A stretch of 64,000 nucleotides of DNA, from NCBI GenBank assembly GCA_046563655.1, contig CM102290.1:14756001-14820000 (forward strand). The letters are read 5' to 3'. Under the pieces are notes generated by a model, which saw only the letters and a list, made by a program, of their open reading frames with translations, did no database searches and was not told the DNA's origin. The translations under genes were made by a program, and so were the position numbers. This DNA comes from Yuukianura sp. NJ FZ-2021. Its lineage: Eukaryota. The number at the start of each line of letters is the position of its first letter. The first letter of the stretch is position 1. Shown here in pieces: positions 24,101-38,100 of the stretch.

Positions 24101-27100
24101 ATGACAGTGACGAAGATGAGCTTCCGGCCGATCCGCCCTGCACTGCTGCTCCTCTTTCTGGGCGGACGACTTTGCCAAAATATTTGTTTGGCCTACGGTA
24201 AAAAACCAAAAATTTTGAAATTGAATTGAGCATGGGTGATTCCGCAAAAAAGGTGACCTTTGACCTCGAAATTCCGTTGCATGTTTGCTTAAAAGTCGAG
24301 TTCATGTGTCAGCTTAGAGTCAATTTTTGAAATTGACATGAAAGGTAATTACTACCTGGTACCTGTGAAGAATGATTGAAAGATGAAGTGTCATAGGTTA
24401 GGATTTACATCCTACACTTCAACTTTTCAATTTCACAAATTACAAATTCAAATTTTCAAAAAAAAAAAAAAGTTCTTAATGTATTAAAATTTATTGAAAT
24501 TTGTTTTCTCGAGTTGGATTATTAAAGAGAAAATTAAGAAAATAAAAATAAATTGTGGCAATTTTGCGACGCGCAAAGTTACCAGCACTTGGAAAGTAAA
24601 GCTCCAGTTTTTGCTTTTTAGAGGTGAACGACCTTTTGACCCGCTTTTCATCCATTTTTTGCAAAAGGTCAATGACCTTTTGACCTCGTGCGGAATGTTG
24701 GCACTTGAAAAGCCACCGATGAACATTTCAACGCCTCGGTAAATGACAATGATTGAAACGGCTTGAGAAATGATGGAGTCCAATTACCTCCGATTCCCTA
24801 AACCTATGATTAGTCAGAAAAACCTACTCCAAATTACTAACAATTACTCACATTCATCACTCTTGTTAAGAATCACTTCGTCTCAAGGTTAACCTAACTT
24901 TTTCCATAAGGTTAGGCTAACTTTTTTCATGTTAGGTTAGTCTAACGAATCTGACGTAACTCTAGGTTTTGCTGGAGACCTCGCATGTCCAGCGGACGTC
25001 GTGTATGATTTGAAATATGGCTCATTTGAATTTTCGCGCACTCCAGCTACCCTTAAAGGAACCTTGGCATGGGCCCCCTGCCCTCATAACGCTCTGGATT
25101 CTGGCGGGAGGGATTTCATGTGTGACGATGACGAAACGGACCAAAGTGGACATGTCACGTCCACGCCCAAGGTCACCGCCGCGGTCACGGTCACGGTGAC
25201 CGGGAAACCGTTTCGAAACGGATCCGGTCCGACACACGGCGGAACACGGTACTGCTACTACGCTGCTTCAGCGGATGGAACAAACGACGTCGCTGATTGG
25301 ACAGAATTCGACGTCCAATGCTGCAGAACCATTGTATATCAAATTTTCAAAAATTTTCAAAAAAATTTGATTTTTCAAAATTTTGTGACATTTTGGATAC
25401 AGGCAATGGATAAGGCAATTGATGCTGCTCATGCGACCACAACGACTCCAGTGACAGAAGAAAATATTTTGGATTTGATGATTCAAATTGAACCAGTGAC
25501 GCAATATGCAATTTACGACCACCGCAGGTACTAAATTTGGAAAATATTTTTTCAAAATTCTGTTTTTTTTGAAAATTTTGTACGTTTATGAATATGGATT
25601 TATGAAGATGGAAGGTTTAAGACTTGGATGAGCATAAAAGTTGAACTTTTTGTAGAGGTTCAAGTGGTTTGTTTGATGATTGAATCATACGATTGTTTGC
25701 GCATGCGCAAACGGAAACCGGAAAAAATTACAACCCGGTAGTGAAAGATAAAAAATCAAAAGTTTTTTCACTTACACAATTAATGAAATTTTCCGTCGTG
25801 TAAAACAAAGAGAAAAATGAAGGAGCTTCCGGGAAATAAAGTGCGAAAACCACGAAAAGTGAAGAGCAATTAGGAAGAAAAACACTTCAATTTTCACACA
25901 CTTTCTCAAGTGGCAATTAATAATGAGACGCTCAACTCAAACTCTGCGTGACCACCACCTAACTCCGCAGTAGGCAACGGAAGTGTCACTTTTTCAAAAT
26001 TTGTTCAGTTTTATGAAAAAAAAAATCAAAAAAATTTCCGGTTGAGAAGTTGCAAATTTCCTTAAAACAAACAATTGAATGCAGAAATGCAAACAAACCC
26101 CGGAAAATAAGTAAAAAAAAAGCAGAAAAAGCTTGACATTTTAAAATGAAATTACATAATTCACATTATGTAAAAAAAAAAGAAGATATTTTGCATAAAA
26201 ATTTAAAATTTTGCATATGAATTGGTGCCAATTTTTTTTGTCAACATGCGAAGTAGTACTCAACCTGTTAAACAAAATTAACTTTTCATTGTCAAGTAAC
26301 CTTGATTGTCTCTTTTTTCTTGAATTTTACGCCACAGTGCAACTGCCATGGTGGAAACGGTGAACCACGCACTCATTGCAATCGAACTTTTCGAAAATCC
26401 CGCCGATCCACTTCTACATCAAATCAGAGCCGATCTGTTTTCGCATTTGAATAACTACACAAAACGAGTGGTTTTGAAGAAAGGTCAAAAGGTCACGGTC
26501 AACTCCACGGACATTGTGCTAGAAAGTGTGATGTTTCCAGATGACCTTGGCAACTACTCATACCACTTCCACTCTTTCCAAATTCCAAACGAAGTGCTCC
26601 TGTTGGCTGGAGGTCAAAAGGTCAAGGGCTCTCGACTGGAGGTCAAGGGCTACAGGAACACACTGTTTGGTCACTGGGGACTTAGCAGGGACTGGGGGGA
26701 CTTAAATTCGACCTTCAACTTCACCCAAGGTTGTTTAAATCCAAATTTTGTTTGTTTTTCCTTAACAGGTTATGCCATAACTCCTGTTTAAAAAAAAATC
26801 ATTTTTTAGAATTTTTTCTTCGATTCGTTGAGCCTCGCACTATGTAACTGAAACGGGATTCGTACAAAAGTTATTTTTCCGTAATTTTTTGAAAAAAAGT
26901 GACTTATGGCATAACCTGTTAGCGCATTTGTATAAATGGGAGCTATAGCAACCTTGAACTCCACGATACAGAATTTCCGGAAGACGAATTGAGAGTCTAC
27001 GATGTCCAGTTTTCTGATTTGTCGTTCTCGAATTTGTCTACACCAATCAGCTACTCGTTTCCTGTCAACAATTCTGCCTCTGCGCACTGGGTCTGCGTCT

Positions 27101-30100
27101 TCTGGAACGTTACAGGCATGGCAATTCCTGCGGTTGTACAAATTTCGTTTCTAAGACGATTTTTTGACGTTTCAGAACACGCTTGGTCACGTGAGGGAAT
27201 GAGGACGATTGAGAGGAACGATTCGATTGGTTGTGAAGCTACGCATCTCACAGCGTTCAGCGTCCTCCTTGACCCCACCCCTCAACAAAATCCACCAATC
27301 ACGAGCCCCACTTTTCAAATTCACAATCACATCCTTGCTGTACTCTCTTCCATTGGATCTGCTCTGAGTGTCATGGGTCTCGTCCTGACCATTCTCACAT
27401 ATTCACTAATCAGGTACCTCCAAAATGGCGGTACCATGTACCGGGGGTACCTTTCATAAAAGTTGGTACCGCTTCGCCAAAGCTTGGTAGAGTTTCATAA
27501 AGCAGGGTACCCCTGCCTAAAAACTCGGTATCGTTTCATAAATTGTGGTACCCCTCTACAAGATGTGGTACCCCTTTCATAAACAGCGGTACCACTTCAT
27601 AAATTGTGGTACCTCTCTACTTCAAAATGTGGTACCCTTTCATAAACAGTGGTACCGCTTAACGAAACGATGGTTCTCCAATTGTGGTACCCCTTGCGTA
27701 AACAGCGGTACCACTTAATGAAACGATGGATCTCAAATTGTGGTACCCTTTCCATAAACAGCGGTACCGTTTAATGAACACAAGGTTTCTCACTGCTTAA
27801 ACAATGGTACCGCCTCATAAAATTTAGGTACCGCTCTGTAAATCTTGGTATCGGGAACCGATTATGCCCTATTTTTTGTGCAGGTCACTCCGGCGGGAAC
27901 GTTCGAATCAAATTGTGCTGAACTTGGCCTGTGCGTTGCTCGGTCTGCACGTTCTGTCTTTGTTGTCTGGAAAAGGAATTTGGTACGGCGCATGTGCCGT
28001 ACCGTCGTCACTCCTGCACTACTTCCTCATCGCTTCTCTGGCATGGATGAGTGTGGATGCAATGTTCATGTACCGAATTCTGGTAACGGTATTTGTCCAA
28101 CCAGAACTCAAGTTCCTCATGAAGAGACTTCTTCTGGCTTGGGGTAACAAACACACAAAGGAGGCGGGAGGGTTCAAACTTACGCATTTTTAAAATGCAC
28201 AAACAAAGCAGTCTCAAACCTTGTTTGCAGTTTTTGCAAGGACTTAATTCGCATTTCCCTCTTTTGTTCCGCAATAATTTGTATGCTGATTCATTCGTCT
28301 CTTCTCCAATTTGCCTCAAAGCTCCCCGCTTCGTCTGCTAATGATTGATGGGCAATTGGTGGGGACGGTGATCTTAGGGGCGGGACAAGCATTTCAACAC
28401 TTATTTATTTCCCAGCTTCATTCAAAAAAATCCAAACATTTTGTGAATTACATGTGTTTTGTATTTTTACGTAAATTCCAAAATTTTCCACTACAGTGGT
28501 ACAGTGGAATTTCCAAATAAGGGACAGGAGCTCCTCCTCTTTTTCACTTTCACTCGAAGTCGCGGTACCGTAAAGTTTTGATTTTGGAGCGAACGTATGT
28601 TTCAGTTTATCGGCTTATTTTTTACGATTGTTTTTTTTTTGGTTAGTTTTTTTTTTGCGCACAATCTGCGCTACTGCGCACAATCTGCGCTACTGCGCAC
28701 AAACTGCGCAACTGCGCACAATCTGCGGTACTGCGCAACTGCGCACAAACTGCGCTACTGCGCACAAACTGCGCTACTGCGCACAAACTGCGCACAATCT
28801 GCGGTACTGCGCAACTGCGCACAAACTGCGCTACTGCGCACAATCTGCGCTACTGCGCACAATCTGCGCTACTGCGCACAATCTGCGCTACTGCGCACAA
28901 TCTGCGCTACTGCGCACAAACTGCGCACAAACACAATATTGAGACATATATAGAATTCACATATAATTAGCAATAATATATGAATATTATATATATTAAT
29001 ATTAATTATATTAATTTAAACTTCGAAACAGGAAATTTTCATTAGAATGGTTTTCCTAGCCTTAAATTCCATATAAGTGACCGTTTACCAGAAATCTTAC
29101 AGTACTGGGGGAGGAGCCTACTTCCAATCCTCCAATCGTGATTTTTTCCCTTATTGGGAAAAGCCACTGTATTCTGAAGTTTTCAGATGAGATTTTAACA
29201 TTTTGTTCCAAATTTTAACAGTTTTGTTGTAACACATTGAAAACTTCTTGCTGAAGATGTTAAAACGATTTTGCTCAAAGCGTTTTGCGTACGTTTTAAC
29301 CTTGTCGTGCTTTAAAGTGTGTGAAAAATGTTAAAAACTTGTATTGTCGTTGTATTTTTTGATTGATATGTTTAATTCACTGTTGATGTATTTTTTTGTT
29401 GATGTGGTTTCTGTTGAAGTCTTTTTTTATGTTTTTTTTTCGTCTTTTCTTATGTAATGGTATTTACCCAAGCTTAGTCTACACGTTGAAACGTTTTTGC
29501 TTAATTTGTTAACGTTTTGGGTTTTGACTTGTTAAAATGTTGAAACCTTTTGTTTTAACCTGTATTTTGCAGGCGTACCAGCCATTCTGGTAGTTGTTAG
29601 TGCCGCAATTGACCCGTCGGTGTACGCGGCGGGTCGAGATGAACATTGTGTGATGGCGGGTCATTTGAACCTTGCCTTGTTCTACACAACGTACTTGGGA
29701 CCCTGCGTCCTCCTCCTGCTCTTCAACGTCCTCGTCTTTGGACGGATTCTGGTCGTCCTTTGCTATCAGAACAGAAAGAGACGGGAACAGTTTGACCTTG
29801 GGCGGGTCAAAGGTCAACGACCCCACATCCTCTCTCCTATCCAGGTCAAGGGGGCCCTTACGCTCTGTGTCATCTTCGGAGTGGGCTGGATTTTTGGTCT
29901 TCTCACTTTTGGGCCAGAAGAAGTGGAGTTGACCATGCGATATGTGCACACAGTCCTCAATGGAGGTAAGCCACGCATGCGCATCCCCACGCCCCACGCA
30001 TCTAACCTTACTTTTTTTCTTCACGTAACTGAAAATTGACACTTTCGTGTAATTAAAGCGTCAGAGAGTAATTTAAGGCGACAGGTCACGCATCAGGGCT

Positions 30101-30745
30101 TTATCATACAAAGAAAAACACGCTGAAAGCAGTTTTCAACTTTTCGCATTTTCAGACATTTGAATTTTGGTGCTTTTTTTTGCTTCCAAACTTTAGAATC
30201 ATTTGAATTTTTAATTCATTTTTATTTTTAACTTTTTTGAACATTTGAGTTTTAGGTAACATTACCACAAGTTTGTTGTTTTTCATTTTTAACTTTTACT
30301 TCTTTGCATTTACTTTTACATTTTATATTTTTTTGTAGCACAACGGCTTTTCCTCTTTAAATGACACCTTACCGTTTTTCACTTTTAACTTGTAACTTTT
30401 ACTTTTTTTTTACTTTTAACTTTTATTTTTTCACTTTTACCTTTTACATTTTGCGTTTTTTTAGCACAAGGACTCATGCTCTTCATTCTGCGAGTTGTGC
30501 TGGACGCCAAAGTGATTCGAGCTGTGCGCAGAAGCGTTTGGTCCGACACGATTTTTGGATCAGACGGTACAACTTTTGGAACAACCGGTACATCAGGAGC
30601 GTCTGCAATTGGATGTGGGCGGAGCCAGCGACTGGGGTCTCACAAATCGGCTGACGTCACCTCTGTCATGTCAATGTCAACGGAGGAATGCACGCCCAAA
30701 ATTGGCGCCAAAAAATTTCCACAGGAATCGGATATCAAATTCTGA
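24101..30745 (+). CDS. Adhesion GPCR (GAIN/GPS + secretin-like 7TM), ~765 aa. Exons 24101-24197, 24966-25333, 25403-25527, 26338-26729, 26972-27115, 27176-27413, 27884-28143, 29573-29965, 30465-30745
   Basis: Signal-like RPALLLLFLGG. GPS CVFWN...WSREG...C-x-x-THLTAFSVLL. TM motifs SIGSALSVMGL, NLACALL, LHYFLIASLAWMSVDA, LLAWGVPAILV, IFGVGWIFG, NGAQGLMLF. N-terminal exon boundaries and the GC donor at 27116 are less certain. Confidence 0.85.
26726..26956. mobile_element. CAAGGT-TIR MITE spanning almost all of aGPCR intron 4
   Basis: CAAGGTTG...CAACCTTG ends. Inner inverted repeat AACAGGTTATGCCATAA / TTATGGCATAACCTGTT. Candidate 9-bp TSD AACTTCACC / AACTCCACG. Confidence 0.7.
27414..27860. repeat. 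Degenerate GGTACC-centred tandem repeat filling aGPCR intron 6
   Basis: More than 12 (GT/GC)GGTACC palindromic cores at ~20-25 nt spacing. Confidence 0.75.
28502..29169. mobile_element. Tc1/mariner (CAGTGG-TIR) non-autonomous element carrying an internal satellite
   Basis: TA-flanked TIRs CAGTGGAATTTCCAAATAAGGGA / TCCCTTATTGGGAAAAGCCACTG. Confidence 0.7.
28656..28932. repeat. CTGCGCACAA(A/T)CTGCGCTA minisatellite (~19-bp unit)
   Basis: Visible tandem units. They give the spurious CAQ/TAH ORFs. Confidence 0.92.
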
Positions 30746-32197
30746 ATTCATGCTGTGAAAAATCCAAAGCGTTTGAACCATGCTGTACTTTTTGTCTCGA
30801 AAAATGCAACTTTGAACTTGTCAACTTTTTTTTCTTTACAAAAATTGTCTTTAAGCTATTTGACCTCTGCCCTTATTCTGAGTGTCTCGCAAAGAAATTA
30901 CTGAGGTCATTGACCTCTCCGTCTGCATTATAAATTCAAAAATTCAAATTTCCCACCAAAAACGAAATGGCTAGACAGGAAGAACATTACAATATTCAAG
31001 TCTCCTTTATTTGGAATAAGAAAAAACAGTTTGTAACGAAACATGAATCACTTTAACACTCGGGGTAATAAATTAAACAATGTGGGCATAAAAGTTATGT
31101 AAAAAACAACACAAGTTCAATACAACCTCCTGCTTATTACATAAACACATAAAATGTTAACATGAAACAACGAAACATGTTATATAAAACATAAACTTAA
31201 CATGTTAGTAAATAAAACATAAACATAACTTGTTAAATAAAACATAAACATAACTTGTTAAACAAAACAAAAACATAACTTGTTACATTAAAACATAAAC
31301 TATCCAAACTCAAATGTCCCTCCACAAAATCGCAATTTTGGATTTCAAAAAAGCTCAACTTTCCTCTTTTTTTTGAAACTCGCCTCCTGATTGGTCCAAC
31401 AATGACGCTCTTTGGGTTTTGATTGGTTTGACCTCATGTGACCTCAAAGGTCAACAATTTTTGCTTTACTTTTTACAGTTTCTGGATAACAATTGAGATG
31501 AAAAGACAATTGAATTTAATTGGACATGGAAAGGCGGGAGTAGTTGAAATTCTTTTACTGTTTTTGTGCAACAAATTGTCGTTTTAAGTTGGAATTAAAA
31601 TTATGGGAATCAAAACAGTTTTTTTGTTCTTTGCTTTTTTTGTAAAATACTTTTTTGAAACCGGTTTGAATTGTGAAAGAAAACAAATGGCATCATACCA
31701 TGACCTGTCTTTGTTTCCTGACATTTGCAAGCCAAAGATTTTGAAATTTTATCTTTCATCTCAAATTCAAAGCAAGCTGCGATAAATTTGTGTTTTTTTT
31801 TTTAAATTTTTTCAAATTTTCATTTCACGCCAGCACCTTTTTTTGAATACAAATTGTCCTTAATTTCCAGTTTTTTGTAAAGTTCTTTCCCTCATCCTTA
31901 TTCTATATTTTAAATCAAAAGTTATTCAAAATGTGTAAAAATTTTAAAAAGTTAACAATAATTTAAACCAACCGGAATTAAAAATACTTTTTAAAAATTA
32001 CCACTTATACCCTTAGATATGCTTGGCACTTGGCTTTTTTTTTAGTTGTAAAACAGTCTAACCTACCCTAACAAAATTTCAAATTTCAAAAAACACATTT
32101 TTTATACCACTGGGACTATTTCTAATACTCCGCCCCCTCGTGGGGGGTTCCCTCCCCCTCCCCCCGAAGGGGTTCAGAGGGGAATACTCTCGGGGGT

Positions 32198-35100
32198 TCA
32201 CAGGCGGGGGAGAGGGGGCAACTCCTGGCGGCTGAATTTGGTGGGTGGAAAAGGGGCGTGGCCAAGGTGGAGGTGGCGGGGGGTGAGAACAAACGAGGGG
32301 TCGTACTCCACCCCTTTCCCCTTACCCCCCGTACTGCGACGTTTCCATAGAAACATCCACCCACTGATCATGGCAACCTGAATGGCAACGAAGAGAGAAC
32401 CAACAAAAAACAAAGTGTTGACGTTGAGACAAGATCCAGTGAGGACGGGTGGAATCGAACCGTCGGACTCCTCTTCTCCGGTAGTCGCTTTATCGAATGG
32501 GTCAGAAATCTTGAGTTGGTTGATAACCAGCAGTTGTTCGCCGGTTTCCCTAGATGGAGTGCTGCGTCTGCGTCTTCGGCCGTACGATTGCGTCTCAATT
32601 TCTCCGCCAGTTGAAGGATCTGCCATGACTGAGCAGTTGACAGGCGCACAATGCGGGATGCAGGGCATAATGAGGGCTTGGAATTGGACAATTTCTGACG
32701 TGGGGAATTTGAATGCTTCGAATGGGGCTTGGAGTGCTTTGGCTTTCATTCCAGGTACGGTCGTCACAGTGCCCATGATGGACACGTCAGTGGGACACCC
32801 ACGAGAGTCGATCAGCAAAATCTCTCCGCCGTCCACTCCGTCCATAGCAACGAGCTCTCGAACAAAAATTTCATAGGGGCTGGACTTGTCTGTGATTTCA
32901 AATCGGAGTGCCAGGGGATCACCGACCTTTGAAAAAAAAAATTCAAAAAAATTTTTTTTTTAAATTTTGAAATTTTGATAACTTCTTTGTACAAGAATTT
33001 AGGGCTTCAGAAAGTGGGGTAGGCAGGGTTTGACATAATTTTGAAATTAAATCTTCGGATTTAGGAGTAATCCGAAAAAAATGGCGGGAATTTAAGTTTT
33101 AGCTTGACCCGATTTCAAATTTTGATGTTAATCGTGACTGAGAATAGAAGATTTCATTTATCGTTATTTTTTATCCTTTTATCTTTATCTTGTCTTTATC
33201 GTTGTATCTTTGCCAAAAGTCTGTGATCTTTGAATTATGACATTTTTTGAAACACGTAAGGCGGAATAATCCAAATTTTCAAGGTGTCAAAACTTTTTTC
33301 GCTTGATTTTAATCCTAATCCAAAACGAATTAAATTTTCCACTCCCACACCCTGCAATTCCTCATCAAATCAGTCACTCCCTAAATTCTAGCAAGAATAT
33401 GCCAATTCCCTCGAAAGTCAATTCCGTCGAAAGTCAATTCCTCATAAAAAAAAAACCACTCCTTCAATGTTGGCGGGAAAATGTAAATAAATGTAATTTG
33501 TTAGAAATCAATTCCGTCGAAATCAATTTCGTCGATAGTCAATTTAGTCGAAATTACCTGTGCACTGGCAATGTCTCCTCCGATTCTGTCCGTGATTCTC
33601 ATGGTGACATTTGGACTTGGGACGACTGAGGACTCACTGCCCATGGATTGGATTTGTCCGTTCACTTGGAGCTCAATTCCATGCGCAACCGTTTTGTTTT
33701 CAAGGTGGAATGAACAGCGCAGGGCAAATCCAAGGTCAGCAGCGGTCATGACAAGGTCATGATGTTGCAAAACAAGGTCGGTCACAAACCGTCCCGGTTC
33801 GTCCTGTTTCACGCCGCACCCAGCATCAGCATAGTCCATCGAAATCTCAAAGTCCAAACTATTCTTCACATCAACTGCGCATGAGTTCGGTTTTGATCGG
33901 GCATAGATTTTTCCGCTAAAAACTTTGTTTGTGGAAATGGAGGCGACGAGTTGGTGTGAGCGACAGTCGAGGGTGACATTGTAGCAAGTTTGTCGTTCGT
34001 AACTTGCACTTCCGTTCATGATCAAGTAGGGTTCTTCGATATGTGTTACCGTGAAACCGGAATGATGAGACAGTCGACACACGCCTTCAAAGTCGTAAGT
34101 GTGACATCGGTATGGGGCATTGAGACACATTTGACGACATTCCTCCAGTGACGTCACGCCTTCCACGAGAGAGTCCACGGTCTTCAGAAGTCGGTTTTCG
34201 ATTTTTTTGAATTCGCACATTTTGTTCGGTTCCGGTACGCAGACACTCTCCATGTACTCTTTGTTGGGTTGGGCAACGAACGGAATACCGGACTGTGAGT
34301 ATCGGTCGATATCGGCCATGACGCAAGAGTTCGTATCGGAGTCCCACGAAGCAGACCTGCACATGTGAGAAAAAAAAATGATTCGAACATGAGCAATACG
34401 AAAAACGGTATTACGCAAGGTTCATAATAAAAAAAAAACTTTTTTACACCAGGTTGCCCAATAACTGGAAATTTTAAAATTTATTAGAAAATAGCAAATC
34501 TGCCGTACTGTGGTGATTTTTCGCATGTATTGTAAACGGGATTGTTGCAGAAATTGTTTGAAGTAAGATTTTTCGAATCCCTGAGTTTTTGGACAACCTG
34601 TTGTAGGAATTACAATTCGGTTGTCAAGGAACCTTGCCATTACGCATGTGCAGAAAAAACGGCTCACATTGTCCAATGAACTGTGTAATTGTTTCATAAA
34701 TTGTACAATGCAAAAAGCGGGTCACGTCCTCCGGTTAAAATTGTACGGAACAAAAAGGTTCCGTATCATCCTTGTTCCAATTCAGCCACTCATGCGTACA
34801 CCGCCTTTGTTTTGCACAGCTCAAATTAACTTAGTACTTGCGTACCAATCAATAATCCATTTTTTCATTGTCTCCTCTTACATTGAATTTCAAAATTTAA
34901 TGAACCTTTTCAATTTGATTCTTTCTTCTGATTCATTATGAATCATCTTGTACATTTAACAAAAAGTTCATTAAAAAAGATGGCATGGCGTAGTCGCACA
35001 AAAAAAAATAAATAAAAAGAACGAGAATCGATCCCGTTACTCCGTTTTTTTCATGAGGAGGATGTACCACACCTCTTCTTTTTTTTAATGTTCTCCCAAC

Positions 35101-38100
35101 AGGGTTTTACAGTAGTCGAAGATTCCAATCGTCCTTACTCCACACCTAAGAAATCGCCATTTACAAATTGCAAATTGCAAATTTACAAATTGCCCTGAGC
35201 CAATTTTTCGCAAATTTGCAAAATGACCGCACCATGATCCTAACCTACTAAAATGAAAGAGATGGGTCAATTGGTTTACCATGAAAACACAAAAAAAAAG
35301 CGGGAAGGTCATTTTTGAAAAAAAAAGAAAGAAGTCACTCTCACCCTATAATTTTCGTTTTTGGAAAAAAAATTGAATCAATTGAATGAACTCTACTTTT
35401 TTTTTAAGAAAAATGGGTCAAAAATCTGTGTGTCAATTTCACCACAAAAAAAATTGTGCCAATAAATTTTTTGTTCACCTTGTACATTCCATAAAAATTT
35501 TAAATTGGACTGATTTAGACAGGTGTACAAATTTTAGAAAAGAAAATTTTTGAATTTTTTTTTGAAAAGTTGTAATTTGGACATTATAGTGATGATTACG
35601 GAAAGAGATGAGATGAATTGTCAGAAAAGCTTCTCATTATGCGGGTGTGTGAAGTCGTTAAGTTTTTAAATTATATGGGAAGCGTTTTTGAGACATGACG
35701 AGAGGTGACATGTTGCGCAGAAGCCGGATTTGTGTGTGTTTTGGACCTCTGTCACTTTCTTCCTTGTCATCTTCAAATAAAGTCCTTCAGACCGTGACAT
35801 TCTGGTTTTAATTGAGTGTCAACCAATGGTTGAAGAGCGTGACGAAACCGTTAGAGTTGTGCGCATGCGTGGACTTACCGACAGTGGAAGTCTCTTTCCT
35901 GGATACATGCGTCGAGACATGCCATGCGACTCGGCATTTCCATTTGCTTCCTTTCCTCAGCCTTCCGGAATCCATAGCCTCGCACAAGTTCAAAAGCCCA
36001 TGCTTTGTCACAACTCCGGGCGGACGGCAGACACAACTTCTGGGCATACATGGTGAAGACAGGGAACTGCGACTTCAACAGGGTTTCTGAAACCAACAAC
36101 ATACCACAACATCAATAGACGCATAAACAACATACCACAACATCAAACGTCAGATAAACAACATACCACAACATCAATAGACGCATAAGCAACATACCAC
36201 AACATCAAAAGTCATATAAGCAACATACCACAATTTCAACAAGCATATAAGCAACATACCACAACATCAAAAGTCGGATAAGCAACACGCCACAATTTCT
36301 TATCGCCACAACATACCACAAAATGAACTGTCATTTATGCTTAAATAAGGCGTAAAAATGAGCGATTCGAAAAAATTACTTTTCGAAACAATTGACTTTG
36401 AAACATTTCTGTTAGGCACAATGGCATGGAACCAAGCAGCATACCCAACCTCAACATATTCTACCGTAAAATATGGTAACATTAATAACTACACAGGTAA
36501 TACACCAAAAGCTCAACAGTTATATGCTAACATATGCTAACATACCAAACCATCAACAGTGATTTGAGCAACATACGAAGAGATCAACATAGTCTTAGAG
36601 GAACGTTATTACTTGTGATTGGGGTGTCATAAACCCTAATGCGGAAATGGAAGTCAGTTGAGCTAATAATGATCTTTGGAGATGAAAACGTCTTCACCCA
36701 TTGTTCACTCCAAATAATTCAATTCCACACAGTCATCTTCCCATCTCTGCTTCTGCGCAGCCCAACTTCATCTTCTGCGCATCTTCACAAAAGATCATCT
36801 TCTTGCCCAAACAAAGTGTTTTCACTTAGGAAAGTTGAGACCCGGGAAGTCTTTAATTGTTCCTGTGAAAGGAGCATATGAAACCTAACCTAACAATGGA
36901 AAGATGATCTTGTCCATGCTCATCTTGATCTTCTCCTTACACTCTAATCATCACAGCAACTGAGGTGGATCTGTGAACAGTACCGTAAAGCAGGAAGTGG
37001 AGCCCCACCATGGTGGGACTCAACCCACCACAACTTATTATAATTAATAATTTTCATTTAAGTTTATTAATTTATTATTTAAATTTATTAATTTATTGCT
37101 TCTAAACCTGTCAATCAGGAGTTTAGCCAATTCCTGTTTACAATTCTTTCTAAGGAGCACAATTGATTGGAATCTTTTTACAACTTTGTGATTGGCCACT
37201 GTGCAACAAACAACAAAATTTCAGAAAAAAAAACTGAAAAAGTGCCAAAATTTAATTAATACAAACCGCATTCTTCGAAAATTTGCAATTTGGGACGTGA
37301 GAAAGCGGATTTATTTTGAACACAGGATTAAAGTCGGCTTACGAGTTTTTGAACTCCAGTGACTCTCAAGTGTCAAAATCAAACTCAAAATTTGACAAAA
37401 AAAAAAGTTTCAAAATGAAAATCTGACAAAAAAAAAGTTTCAAAAAGAGAATTTTTTGAAAATGATAGCCCTCTAATTTGGAAATTTGCCGAAGGGGGAA
37501 CAAATTCCGCAGGCAAAAGTTGCTCTTTTGACAGTTTTTTGTTTAATTTTGAAAAAATTTGGTGAAAGTTGAATAATCCTTTTGAGAAACAAAATTGAAA
37601 TTGGATTTTCTTTGAAAAACTTTTAAAATTGGCCACTTTTGAAATTTATTAATTAAAAAAAAATTGTCGTAATTTCGATTTCCGCTTTACATTTTTCCTT
37701 CAAATTGAAAGAACTTTTTTAAGTAAAGTAAAACTTTCTCTGCTGGTCGTGATTGGCCTCAAGGCACAAAAAAAAAGTTCACAAAAAAGTTTTTGCGGTG
37801 CTTCTTATCAGTAGTTAGAACCGAAATGTGACTTTTTGACATTTTTTTTTGTATTTCTGCAACAACTTAACACAAAAGTTGTGGTAAGTTCAATTACAGT
37901 AAATTTTGCAAAATCCGGTTTTACATTTTAACAAAAAAAAAACTAGTAAGATTGGATGAGGCGAATGGCACTTTTATCAACTTTTCCAAAATCAATTTTC
38001 TGGAAGGCGACAATAACATTTTTGCACATTTGCAATTTTTTGCACATGCGAATTTTTCATTGTCGAAATTTTTGATTAAACAGAAAACACCACTTTGCAT

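Noticed and set aside
28597..28953. Cys-rich repeat ORFs
   Set aside because: They are minisatellite translations within an aGPCR intron.
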